A stretch of 55,993 nucleotides of DNA from IMG/VR virus record IMGVR_UViG_3300039106_000351, positions 1-55,993 of that record. The stretch is one strand, 5' to 3'. The DNA comes from a virus (lineage: Duplodnaviria > Caudoviricetes). The number at the start of each line of letters is the position of its first letter. Position 1 is the stretch's first letter. The position numbers and the translations under genes were made by a program. This document shows, one piece after another, positions 9,526-20,700 of the stretch. Below the pieces are notes generated by a model. The model made no database searches. It saw only the letters and a list, made by a program, of their open reading frames with translations, and was not told where the DNA came from.

Positions 9526-12500
9526 TTATTTCAAATAAGGAAGCCATGATCCAATATCAATATATCCTCCATCTTTAAATATTGGCCCACCATATTTTCC
9601 TCCTGCTACTGGATCTACGTCAGCTACTCCAGCTACTCCAGGATAAGAGTTAGGTGGTGTCTGAGCATAATTAGTATCTTGTGATTTATTTTGAGACTCC
9701 ATCCTTCTACGAGCACAAGCTGATGGGTCTTTATCTTTTCTTGCTACACACCAGTCATATGCTTCATCAAAAGCTGCAGAACTACTACTAGTATCAATTT
9801 GATGATCTTTACCTTGTGTAAAATGCATTCTACCACCAACTCCTGGACTAACAGCATATTGTGGATACATTTGATTTGTTGCATCTGTTTTCCATCTATT
9901 AGTAATTGCGTTAGTAAATTGATTTACAAGGTTATTTCCAGCTGCTCTTTTACTATTATCATATTGTTGATTACCAATAGTATTTTCTCTATATAGTAAG
10001 GCTCCAGCATTAGAATTTGCAGTTCTTTCTTGATTCATAATATCTGTACCTTTAAGTTCAAAAGCATCTCCTATTCCTACATTTTTATTATCATAGGCAC
10101 TTAATGTATCTGCTGCTGATTTTGCAAGTTGTGATTGTATACCAGTTGATCTAGTTGATAATTCTTGTCCTCCTGCAAACCCTTCTAATCCTGCTGTAAG
10201 CATACTAGCATCTTCACGTTGTCTAGCAAGTTCTCTTGTAGGATCAACAAAGTTAGGTCTAGGATCTTGCATATCAAATCTTTGTGCCATAGGCCCATAA
10301 TTTTTAATACCTGCTAAATTAGCAGCTGCAGCAGCTGTTTTTATAGTATCTTGTAACCACCATTCTGCTGGTGGAGCTGGTTTATTTATTGTTACATCAT
10401 CTTCACATGGAGGACATACACCATTTACTGGTTCTAAATATACTAATCCTTCTGGTTTTTGACATGGACATTTTTTAGTTTTTTCAGGAGGTGTACAAGT
10501 ACATTTACCATCTTTATCTACATACTTACTATAAGTAGCTGTATTAGTTGGATCTGTACATTGACAGTCAGTATTTTCTACAACATCTTCAAAAATATTT
10601 TCTCTAGTAGCTGACATATATCTATGTCCTGTTGTTGTATCTCCATATGTAGTATTTTTTTTAGGTCCTCCATACCATGTATTATTAGCATAATCATATT
10701 TATCATCTAAAGGAGATATTTTAGCACCCATTGGTCCATATAAAGCACCCATTGATTTTTCATCATCTGCTCCTGAATGAACCATACTTACATTTCCTAA
10801 GAAATTATCCATAGCATATTGAGCATCTGGGTTATCTGCAAACTTTTTATCTGTAAAATCTTTATATGCTTGTGCATATCCATGCATTGTTGCTTGTTGT
10901 AATACTCTATCTTTTCCTAATGGATCAAGAGGCACACCTAAAGTTTCTACAGTTTTTGCAATAGTTGTAAATCCTTTACTTGTTAAACGTGCTAAAGCAT
11001 CTTTAGCTTCTTGTCTAGTATATAATTGTCCTGTTTGTGGATTTTTATATCCTTTAGCTATTATTTCATCAACTGTATCTAATCTACCACCACCATCACT
11101 AAATATTTGAGGATCTATATCATTTGCATCAAACATTAAATTTCTTTTTTGATGATTTAATGCTTGTTTTATAATTTCTTCATCAGATGGAAGAGTACCA
11201 TATTTTTTAGTCCATGTATCATTTGGATTTGCATTAGCTACATTTTTTCCTTTCCAAGCTTCAGGATTTTCTATAGCTGCTTTTGTATTTTTAATTATTT
11301 CAGCTTTAACTGTAGGATCATCTAAATTCTGTTTAATTAATAAATATTGTGCAGCTGCCATTCTTCCAGATTCTGTATCTGGAAAACCTTGTAAATCATG
11401 GGCATTAATATCTTTTCCAGTTGGAACTGACCATTTTGATTCTTTTAATATTTGAGTTTTAACTTTTCCATCAGCTCCTGTTCTAGTTACAGTAATTTGT
11501 ACTTTTGGATCTTTTTGTTGAGCATCATAAATTGCTCTCCTTAATGCAGCATCATCCATTTTTGTTGCATCAATAATAATTTTACCATCTTCAGCTTTTG
11601 GTAAGTTATTACTTCTAGAATAACGTCTATTAGAATAGTTGTCAATTACTGCACCTTGTTTAGCTTCTGGCATATCATAGAAAGGCATGTCATAACCACC
11701 CATTGCCATACCATAAGCTGCCATAGGAGCTTGTTGCATTTGTTGCTGTTGCATAGCCATCATCTCTTCTTCAGAAGGCTGACCTTGTGCCATTCCTTGA
11801 CCTTGAGGTTGTTCTACTTGTGACATTGATTGTTGTACAAGACCTGCTGCTTCTTGTTCAGAAGCTCCAAGTTGTACAAATATCTGTACAATTGCTTCCG
11901 GTGGAAGATTATTTTGTAATAAACTTAATACAATTTCAGGAGGAGAAATACCTTTTTGTAAAGCAGCTTCAACCTCTTGAATTATTTCCATCATCTGTTC
12001 TTGATCACCTCCTTGAGTTTGACCTTGTTCAGCTTGTTGTTGCTGCATCATCATCATCTCCTCCTCAGAAGGTTGTGCCATACCTTGTTCTGCTCTTCTT
12101 AATCTTCTTTGTCCACCCCATCTCATCATTTCTTGTTGTGCTCCTTGCATTTGTTGCATGATACTACCAATTAATTGCTGTACTTGATCTTGAGGCATTC
12201 CTAATTGAACAAATATTTGAGCAACTTGCTCTGGTGGAATTTGAGATTGTATTAATTGAGCAGCTACTTCTTCAGGAGCAGCTCCTTGTTGAAGAGCTTG
12301 TCCAACTTGTTGCATAATTTGTTGCATCTGATCACCACCTCCTTGTTGTTGTTGCTGTTGCTGTTGTTGCATCATCATCATTTCTTCTTGTGATGGCTGT
12401 TGCATTCCCTCTTCTGCTCTTTTTAATCTTTTCATACCTCCAAATCTCATCATTCCTTCTTGAGACATAGGTTGTTCTGCAGGTTGTCCTTGTGCAACAG

Positions 12501-13260
12501 GTTGTCCTTGATTCATACTCATTGCTTGAGCTTCTTGATTTTCTGAACCTAATGTTTCAGCAGAATTTTCTTGTTGTTCTTGTTGTTCTTTTTGTTTTTT
12601 AAGTTGACTATTTAAACCAGATAATTTTTCATCAGGTAAAATATCTTCTTCAGTTAATCCTCTTGCTTGCATACAAGGTTTAGCAACAACAGGAATTCCT
12701 TGAGGAAATCCTTTCATTGATTCTTGTTCTAAAGCTAAACAACCAAGTTTAATTACATATTTTTTTATCATTAATTCAGCAGTTCTTTTTTCTATTGCAT
12801 CTGAATTAGAATCTTCTAATATTTTTCTATACTTATCAACATCATAGCGTTTAGCAATAGCAGCTGGAGTATAACTACCAGACTTAGTTGTAAGACCAAA
12901 AGATTTTAAAACTTCTGGATCTTTAATTCTCATTCCTGGAGTATCACTAAAGATAAAAGTATCTTCTGGTAAACTTAAAGGTACTCCACCATGTGTATGT
13001 CTTGGACCTTTAATAATTTTATGTTCTGGAATACCATCACCATTTATATCTCCATAAACAGTTTCACCACCTTCAGCTTCAATATTAGCTTTATCTACTG
13101 GAACAGCTTTAATATATTTACTTTCTATTAATTTTGATTCTTCACTAGTAGTATTACGGTTACTACTAGCCATTCCAGCAAAGTCATTAAATAATGCACC
13201 TTGAACTTGCATTCCAGTTTTTGCTTGTGGTAACTTTTTAATTTTTACTTTGTAAAACAT
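9526..13260 (-). CDS. Putative internal virion/cargo protein (1244 aa) with EAEGGE..GPRH..GG motif, Gln/Met-rich tandem duplication and Cys module
   Basis: EAEGGETV...GPRHTHGGVPL...FIFSD motif, poly-Q repeats, CQC..CTC..CPC..CPPC module and a C-terminal KYGG/FKDGG. Confidence 0.65.
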   Translation of the reverse strand: MFYKVKIKKLPQAKTGMQVQGALFNDFAGMASSNRNTTSEESKLIESKYIKAVPVDKANIEAEGGETVYGDINGDGIPEHKIIKGPRHTHGGVPLSLPEDTFIFSDTPGMRIKDPEVLKSFGLTTKSGSYTPAAIAKRYDVDKYRKILEDSNSDAIEKRTAELMIKKYVIKLGCLALEQESMKGFPQGIPVVAKPCMQARGLTEEDILPDEKLSGLNSQLKKQKEQQEQQENSAETLGSENQEAQAMSMNQGQPVAQGQPAEQPMSQEGMMRFGGMKRLKRAEEGMQQPSQEEMMMMQQQQQQQQQGGGDQMQQIMQQVGQALQQGAAPEEVAAQLIQSQIPPEQVAQIFVQLGMPQDQVQQLIGSIMQQMQGAQQEMMRWGGQRRLRRAEQGMAQPSEEEMMMMQQQQAEQGQTQGGDQEQMMEIIQEVEAALQKGISPPEIVLSLLQNNLPPEAIVQIFVQLGASEQEAAGLVQQSMSQVEQPQGQGMAQGQPSEEEMMAMQQQQMQQAPMAAYGMAMGGYDMPFYDMPEAKQGAVIDNYSNRRYSRSNNLPKAEDGKIIIDATKMDDAALRRAIYDAQQKDPKVQITVTRTGADGKVKTQILKESKWSVPTGKDINAHDLQGFPDTESGRMAAAQYLLIKQNLDDPTVKAEIIKNTKAAIENPEAWKGKNVANANPNDTWTKKYGTLPSDEEIIKQALNHQKRNLMFDANDIDPQIFSDGGGRLDTVDEIIAKGYKNPQTGQLYTRQEAKDALARLTSKGFTTIAKTVETLGVPLDPLGKDRVLQQATMHGYAQAYKDFTDKKFADNPDAQYAMDNFLGNVSMVHSGADDEKSMGALYGPMGAKISPLDDKYDYANNTWYGGPKKNTTYGDTTTGHRYMSATRENIFEDVVENTDCQCTDPTNTATYSKYVDKDGKCTCTPPEKTKKCPCQKPEGLVYLEPVNGVCPPCEDDVTINKPAPPAEWWLQDTIKTAAAAANLAGIKNYGPMAQRFDMQDPRPNFVDPTRELARQREDASMLTAGLEGFAGGQELSTRSTGIQSQLAKSAADTLSAYDNKNVGIGDAFELKGTDIMNQERTANSNAGALLYRENTIGNQQYDNSKRAAGNNLVNQFTNAITNRWKTDATNQMYPQYAVSPGVGGRMHFTQGKDHQIDTSSSSAAFDEAYDWCVARKDKDPSACARRRMESQNKSQDTNYAQTPPNSYPGVAGVADVDPVAGGKYGGPIFKDGGYIDIGSWLPYLK
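11700..12453 (-). repeat. Intragenic tandem duplication of an ~108 aa Gln/Met-rich unit (two full copies plus a partial third)
   Basis: MMRFGGMKRLKRAEEGMQQPSQEEMMMMQQQ...PPEQVAQIFVQLG versus MMRWGGQRRLRRAEQGMAQPSEEEMMMMQQQ...PPEAIVQIFVQLG; starts are about 324 nt apart. Confidence 0.85.
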
Positions 13261-13269
13261 AATATAAAT

Positions 13270-16200
13270 TTATATATATTCAATTTGACCTCCAGCAGCT
13301 AAATACTGTTGAATTTGTTCTTCTGTCATATAAGCTTCATCATCATTTAATTGTTCTTGTTGTGGCAAATAACCATCTGTATAATAATTATATGGTTCTG
13401 CATATCCTCCGTTTGCCATATATCTACCATATTTAGCCATTGGTCCCATACCAAGAGTATCATTACCCGTAGTACCTTCATAAGAATTACCTGAATTAGG
13501 ATTCCACTTACCTTTATTTATTCTTGCCGTATCACCAGAAACTTGAGTTGCTCCCCAATTATTATCATAAAGTTCTTTTTGTTGATTTTTTCTTTCAAAG
13601 TTATTTAAAACTCCTATGCCAGCTCTTATTCCAGTATTACCTACATTTAACATAGCTTCTGGATCAAAAGTTTTCATATTTTGTACCTTATTTTCTACAC
13701 CAACATATTTTTTTTCATCAGCTTTATAATTAGGATCATAACAAGGACTATTAGGATCTAATACTTCATCTTCATTACAAGGACCTGTTCCACCTTCTCC
13801 TATTCCTCCTTGATTTTCAAATTCACTATTTGTTTTTTTAATAGACTCACCAAGATAATCATAACCAGGAGATCCAAATCCTGTATAAGATGTAGGTGTA
13901 TTAATCGGATTCCCATCTTGTGAAACAGAAGATGAAGCTAAGAAAGGAAATTGAATTTCTTCTCCATTAGCAGCTTGTGGTAAATAACCACCATAAGCCA
14001 TTTCTGTATTGATTGGTCCTACATTATTAATAGGATAACCTTCAGGCATAGGTTGTGGTATAGCAGGTTGCTCTGGTAAAGTTAATTGACTTTTTAAATA
14101 TGCACCTCTTGGGTCCCCTGGAGGAAAAAAACTTAATGGTAAAGGTGCTCCAACATTTGAATTCTCAATTACTGGAATAGAAGTTTCAGCACTTCTAAGT
14201 CTACCTTTACGGTCAATACCCATTGGAATACCATTAGGATCTAATTTAGTTTGATACATTTGGTTTCTACCAATTTTCATTCCTTCTACATATTTAGTAC
14301 CATTAGGTTGAATTCCTGTATTACTTGTTCTATTTCTAGAACGTCCTAAATTATTCTCAAGTTCTTTTAAACTTTCTAAATTAAGACTAGCACCAGCACC
14401 AGAACCAAAAGAAGACACATCATAAATATCTAAATATTTTTTAGGTCTACCAAACATACCTGTTTTAGTTACATACCTTGCTACAGCATCTTTTGGTAAT
14501 TGACCAGTATATGGATTTCCACTATTTATATAATAAGGATTTTTTGTTTGTTTTCCATAAGATCCTCTTGATCTTAATATTGGATTCCATGGTAATATAG
14601 TATCCCATAATCCAGGATTGTTTGCTGTAATTTGAGTATTATATTTTATACTAGCTAATGGAACACAATCACCATATTCAGCATTATATACAAAACCAGC
14701 AGGACATTCTTTAACAGTTTTTCTGTCAATGTCATCTCTGTTTTGTATGTTAGATACATTTGAATTATAAAAATCTAAATATTTTTCAAAATCTCCAACT
14801 CTGTTTGCTTCATTAGTAGCTTTCATGTATTCAGTTTTCCAACTGTCATAAGCATCTTTTTCAGTTTGATCTGTAATAAGATTGTCTCCAGGATTATTAC
14901 CTGCAGTAGCTCCTGGCCAATTGTCTGGATTAGTTTGATCATCTAACCATTCTTGATAAGCTTGTTTATCACTTATCATACTAGTTCTACCTGATTTATT
15001 TTTTACTTCTACTCCATTTCTAGCTTCATAAAGACCATATGGTTGATAGTATTTATCTTCATCACCACCATACATAAACTTTGTAAGTGGATTTTCAGCA
15101 TTCATATCTATGAATCCTCCAAATGCTCCTACTGGATTTTGAACTACTTCTTCTTCTCCAACTAAATTTTCTTTAGGACCATCTTGCATTATAAGATTCA
15201 TGATCTCAGGATTGTATTTAGCATTTTCATATACTTCTTTTGAAATAGCTTTATTAGAATTATTTTTAAGTTTTTTAATAAAAGTAGATTTTAAATCAGA
15301 AATATCATTTGTTAATGTATCTTGTCTTACACCTTGTCCTATTTTATTATCTTCAGTTTGTCCACCTTCATCAAACATTAAAGATAATTTTGTTATAAAT
15401 TTCTTTTTAGTAATACCACCTTTTTTAAAGTCATCACTTGGTATATCTGTTGATAAATTTTGATTATGTCTATAATAATTTCTTTTTTTATCTGAAAAAC
15501 CTGGTTCAATATATTGCATAGAATCAGGTCCTTTTAATATTTTTGGATCTATTTCACCTTCATTTGAACGGACAACATCCTCAAGTTGTCTTGATGGTCC
15601 CATTGCACCTATATCAGTACCACAAGGACAATTATTATTAAGATCTGGTTCCATATAATTAGGTTGACCAGGATCTACACATTGACAAGGATTTGCAATA
15701 GCATCATATGTTTGATAACCAGCATAACCTAAACCAGTACCAAGAAGAGAACCTTTTAAACCTAATCTAAATTTATAATTTTTAGCATTTTTAATATCTG
15801 CTGCTGTTTTAGCAAAAGGAATATCTACAGGATTTACTAAACCTTGTCCTCCTAATGTATTAACATAACCAAAAGCAGGAAGATCAATTGCTTGTATATT
15901 ACTTTTATTAGTTCTAAAAAATTGATTTAATCCAGTAGTTCCATAGGTTTCTAATCCTCTAGAAATTTGCCCTCTAAGACTTAAATCTGGACGAGGTGTA
16001 GGTGGAAGACCTGTAACATTAATTCCTTCTCCACGATTAAAATTTGGAAAATTAGTGTTTGAATCTCTAAGAAGACTCTCTTGTAAAAACTGTGTTCCTC
16101 TTGTACCAAATGGTGGTTTAACTGTCCATTTAGTTTGTGTACCAAGCTTTAAAGGATTACCACCTGTATCAAAAATTTTTGTTTCACCTGTAGCAGCATC

Positions 16201-17676
16201 TTTAGTAAAATAAAATCTATTTTTAAATGTTATTTCTTGTGCTTTTTTTGGTGTTGCACCAAATGGTAATTGTTGATTAGGTCCAAATTTATTTTTAATC
16301 TCAAAGAAATTATTATCATTTTCATCTACTCCACTTATGATTTTAGAAGTCATAGGATATACACCACTAACTAAACCTTCTTCCATTGAAATAGGGTTTA
16401 TATCTGATAATGGAAAACTAGATTTACCTGACTCTATATTTTTAATTATATTATTTACATCATCTTGATATAAAACTAATTTATCAACACTTAAACTTCC
16501 ATCAAAAGCTGCTCTATCTCCACCAATAGTTGAGTTTTTACTAAATATTCCTTTTGTAGGTTCTAATCCATTTAGAACATTCCACAATTCATATCTGTTT
16601 TGTGTAAAAGGTGTTTCTAATTTAGGTCCAAATTTCTTTCCTATCCAAGGTAAATTAGATATACCTTGTCCAACCAATGAAGCAAGAGGTGCAGCTTTAC
16701 GTGCTCCTGATATATTTTGCATTGGATTATTTTGATTTATATAATCAAAACCATATTTTATTTTATGTTCTCCAGGTATATATGCATCATCTATAATGGG
16801 TTGTACAGGAATATTTTGCTGAATTGGCATATTAAAATTAGGTGCTACTTTAGATACCTTTTGCATAATTGATTCCATTCCTGGAAGAGCTTCTGCTTTA
16901 TTTAAAGAAGAAAGTAACCTTTGAAATTCAGATTCTGGTTTTAAAAATTTAGTAAGACCTTTTGCAGTTTTACCAATAATTTCTAAACCACCGTCAGCTC
17001 TTGGTAATTCATCTTCTTCAGATTCTGTTTTATAACTTCCAAAATAATTTTCTAAATCAGAAAAACTGTCTGTTCCTTCCATACCTGGTGTTACAGTCAT
17101 TAAGTCTTGAATAGAAAAAGGTTTTTGTTGTTCTCCACCATTACTATAAAATCCACCATATTTAGCTGAAAAAGCACCTTGTTGTTGTGATTGCTCAGTT
17201 TCTAAATGTGAATTGTCATCTCTATAAGAATCATCACCTTCATAACCTTCATTTGATAATGCAAGTTCTTCTTGTTCTGCATCACTTGATTCTCTTTCTG
17301 CAACTTCATTAGGATCTTCTGATTGGTCTACAGGTTGTCCATCTTCTGAAACTTCTGGATTTACTTTATCTAAAAGATCAGGATTTAAATATCCTTCTTC
17401 AGTAAGTTTAGTTATAGCAGCTTGAATAATATTTAAAGATGTAGTCTGATCTAAAGCATATTCTGTAATAAGTTTATTATAAACTAAATCAGGTAAGCCA
17501 CTATTTTTTATTGTTGAATAAGTATAGTCATATATTTTATTAAGTCTTGCCGGATCCATTACTGAGGAAGACATTTGCATACCATTACTAGCTTTTTTTA
17601 AAAACTTAGATGCATTAGTAATATAACCAGGAGTTTCTCCTGGAAGAGCTTTTCTAATTCTTACTGTTTTTTTCAT
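13270..17676 (-). CDS. Modular putative virion cargo protein (1468 aa)
   Basis: Long ORF with many [YFM]xxGG and AxxG linkers (KYGG, YSNGG, LPRADGG, FKKGG, FDEGG, FMYGG, YGGYLPQAANG, MANGG) and the terminal tag MTEEQIQQYLAAGGQIEYI. Confidence 0.65.
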   Translation of the reverse strand: MKKTVRIRKALPGETPGYITNASKFLKKASNGMQMSSSVMDPARLNKIYDYTYSTIKNSGLPDLVYNKLITEYALDQTTSLNIIQAAITKLTEEGYLNPDLLDKVNPEVSEDGQPVDQSEDPNEVAERESSDAEQEELALSNEGYEGDDSYRDDNSHLETEQSQQQGAFSAKYGGFYSNGGEQQKPFSIQDLMTVTPGMEGTDSFSDLENYFGSYKTESEEDELPRADGGLEIIGKTAKGLTKFLKPESEFQRLLSSLNKAEALPGMESIMQKVSKVAPNFNMPIQQNIPVQPIIDDAYIPGEHKIKYGFDYINQNNPMQNISGARKAAPLASLVGQGISNLPWIGKKFGPKLETPFTQNRYELWNVLNGLEPTKGIFSKNSTIGGDRAAFDGSLSVDKLVLYQDDVNNIIKNIESGKSSFPLSDINPISMEEGLVSGVYPMTSKIISGVDENDNNFFEIKNKFGPNQQLPFGATPKKAQEITFKNRFYFTKDAATGETKIFDTGGNPLKLGTQTKWTVKPPFGTRGTQFLQESLLRDSNTNFPNFNRGEGINVTGLPPTPRPDLSLRGQISRGLETYGTTGLNQFFRTNKSNIQAIDLPAFGYVNTLGGQGLVNPVDIPFAKTAADIKNAKNYKFRLGLKGSLLGTGLGYAGYQTYDAIANPCQCVDPGQPNYMEPDLNNNCPCGTDIGAMGPSRQLEDVVRSNEGEIDPKILKGPDSMQYIEPGFSDKKRNYYRHNQNLSTDIPSDDFKKGGITKKKFITKLSLMFDEGGQTEDNKIGQGVRQDTLTNDISDLKSTFIKKLKNNSNKAISKEVYENAKYNPEIMNLIMQDGPKENLVGEEEVVQNPVGAFGGFIDMNAENPLTKFMYGGDEDKYYQPYGLYEARNGVEVKNKSGRTSMISDKQAYQEWLDDQTNPDNWPGATAGNNPGDNLITDQTEKDAYDSWKTEYMKATNEANRVGDFEKYLDFYNSNVSNIQNRDDIDRKTVKECPAGFVYNAEYGDCVPLASIKYNTQITANNPGLWDTILPWNPILRSRGSYGKQTKNPYYINSGNPYTGQLPKDAVARYVTKTGMFGRPKKYLDIYDVSSFGSGAGASLNLESLKELENNLGRSRNRTSNTGIQPNGTKYVEGMKIGRNQMYQTKLDPNGIPMGIDRKGRLRSAETSIPVIENSNVGAPLPLSFFPPGDPRGAYLKSQLTLPEQPAIPQPMPEGYPINNVGPINTEMAYGGYLPQAANGEEIQFPFLASSSVSQDGNPINTPTSYTGFGSPGYDYLGESIKKTNSEFENQGGIGEGGTGPCNEDEVLDPNSPCYDPNYKADEKKYVGVENKVQNMKTFDPEAMLNVGNTGIRAGIGVLNNFERKNQQKELYDNNWGATQVSGDTARINKGKWNPNSGNSYEGTTGNDTLGMGPMAKYGRYMANGGYAEPYNYYTDGYLPQQEQLNDDEAYMTEEQIQQYLAAGGQIEYI

Positions 17677-17692
17677 AATACTTATCTATATA

Positions 17693-17704
17693 TAATATAC
17701 TAAA
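17693..17704 (-). promoter_or_regulatory. Putative phage promoter motif TTTAGTATATTA
   Basis: Copy of an intergenic motif found at four sites plus variants; 16 nt upstream of the ATG at 17676. Confidence 0.6.
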
Positions 17705-17733
17705 TTTTAATTTAACAAATAAACATTAAAAGT

Positions 17734-20700
17734 TTATTCTTCTTCAATGATATAACCTCCTTTAACATATTCCTCTATTTCTTTTTGAGATAGTTTTGTT
17801 ACTACTCCACCATTTTTATTTTTATATCCAGATTGTTTACTTATTTGTTTCCAAGCATCTTGTACTGTAAGTGGTTTACTAATGTCACTTTCCCATTTTT
17901 CAAGATCCTGTTTACCCATTTTTATAACTATCTGTCTTCTCCATTTTTCAAGTTGTTCTGGTGATGCATTTAAAACTTCTTCTAAACTTAAACCAAGTTT
18001 ACCTCTCATTTCACTAACAACAATTTTAGCAGGACCTGTTTGTAAAAAATCATTTCCTTTCTGATTTTTTAATAATTGTTGATATGTTTTAGGTAAAGTT
18101 TCAAAACCAGTATTTATTGTTTTTAATGATTCTACCTTAAGCTTACCTTTGTTTGATAAGTTATTTCCCCATGCATAGTTTTTTTGTAACCAAGCTTCCT
18201 GTTCAGGTTGGAGAATCTTACTCCTAAAATTTGGTAATCCTACATTGGGAAATAAATTAGAAAATAATTCATCTCTAGAAGTATCTCCTCTTACATTATT
18301 ATAACCTTTAAATTTTAAAAATGCATCAAGTGCAGCATTATTAGGATCATCAGGATACATTTTATTAAAGTTTTGCCATGCTGTTTGCCATTGATTTTGT
18401 TGAGTAATAAGTTTTTTTAATTCAGAGTTAGTAAAAAAATCTTCTTTTCCAGGTACCCATTGTGGTCCAGATGGTTCAATACCAAATGATGCTAAATTTG
18501 AAAGATCATTTCTTACTTCCCAACCATCTGACCCAGCAGCAAAATTAAAATCACCTACTCCTTCAAATGTATCTTTACCATATGGAGGTTTATTTGATAA
18601 ATATTTATCTAAAGAATTATTAGCATCTATGTTAGCTTCATTTTTCCAATCTTTTATTCCTGGATAATCTAAAGGATCTGCATGATAAAAAGATTCACCT
18701 TGAAAAGGTTCATCACCATATTGTATTAATGAATTTCCTCCTGTTGTATTAGAAAGATTTTTTAAATCAACCATAGGAACTTCACTTACACCTTTAAAAT
18801 AATCTAGAGCAGGAAGAAGTTGATTAACTTTTAAATTCATTCCTTTATCTAAATTTCTAATTGGAATTTTTGAAACAGAATTAGGAATATTTAATCCTTT
18901 TATACTTCTTACTATTCTTCCTATATTAGCTTTAGGTAATGATCCACCTTTTTTATATTGACCTCTCCATCCAGTATTAAAATTATTAATTATGGAATTT
19001 TTATTATTTTCCATATCTAAACGATCTTGAGCAGACATGTTTTTAAGATCAGTAAACTTAAATGTAGGATCAATTGTTCCTATTTTATTCCCTGTACCAC
19101 TAAGCCAATGTCTTGTATTTAATCCAGTTGCATTTGATAAACCTATAGTCTTATTAAATGAATCACGTGCTGATTGACCTACAGTACCTTTTGATTGACC
19201 TGAATTAAAATATATTTCTTCAGGTAATAAAGATTTATTTAAATATCCAGATTCATATAAAGGTTTTTTATTTACAATATATTTTTGATACCAATCTTGC
19301 CAATTTCCAGTACTAAAATCAGTAGGTAATTGAACTTTAAATTGATATGGTCCATAAGATTGTTTTTCAGGTAAAGAAGCTAAATACATTCCATCCATTC
19401 CATACATATCAGGTAAACCAGCTCTATATCCATATTGTTCCATAGGTATATGAGTAGCTTGATATGCAGCAAGAGATAATGGATCTGCTCTATTTACATT
19501 AGCTAAATCCATATTCTCAACTTCACTTCTAGGATTATCATATCTTCTTCTATACATATCAAATGTTCTATGACCATAGCCATCTAAACTTACACCTCTT
19601 GGATTAAAATCTCCTTTAACTTGCCTATAACCTGTTCTATCATGATCAATTGCTAATTGCATAATTTTATTCATGCTATCATTAGTTCTTGCCATTTTAA
19701 ATAAATCTTCAGCCCCAACATCATTTCCAACATAACCTAAATTTTTTAATGCATCAGCTGCATTACGTCTATTTGCAAATTCTAAAGTACTTCTATCAAA
19801 GTTTGAAAGATCACCTATATTATAATCTGATGCTGGTTGATTATATATATCACCTAAAACATCATATGGATTATCTGTTTTACTTAATATATCAGTTAAT
19901 AAATATTGTGAATCCAAATTACTTATAGGATTAATCATATCTAATATAGGCTGTATATTTGGATTTTTATAAACACTATTAGCTATATTTTGATATATAG
20001 CAGGCATTAATATATTTTTAGTAGGTGTCTTAAATTCATTTATTAATTTTCCAGTATTTTTTAAAATTTCTAAACCATTCCAAGCTTTAGGAAGTGAACC
20101 TCCTTTTTTATATCCAAGTAGTTTAGGATTAAATTGTATATCAGAGTTTGAATTAGATTTAATTAAAGGATTAAACTGATATCCTTCAGGTGAAGGTCTT
20201 AATAATATTTCTTCTACTGTTAAAGGTTTAAATCTATTTTCTCCAAAATTAAATTTATAATTATTTTTTAAATTAAAAGCTGGTGATTCAACAATACCAA
20301 CTTTTCCAGAATCAATATTAATTGGATAAGTTCTATTAAAACCTGGAACCATAGTAGTTCTATTTGGTACTGATGTTAAATTTCCAAGATTTGCTGAAGC
20401 ATTAGATCCAACTTGATTAGAATATATACCAGCATCAGGATGAAATTGTTTATATAAAGTATTTATATTTTTCCTAGTATTAAGTCCTAACTCTGAAGCT
20501 AAGGCTTCATTACTAGTAGCATATGAAAGATTTGGTGCAGGTATATTTGCTTGTTTAAAACCATAATATTTACCACTAGGTGTTGTAACACCTAAGTTAA
20601 ATGCTTTAGTTGGAGTTTGTCCATATCTTAATAAATTTGTAGTTGCTCTAAGTGGAGACATAACACCCTGTATTCCCATTAAAGCATCCCATGCTGCAGT

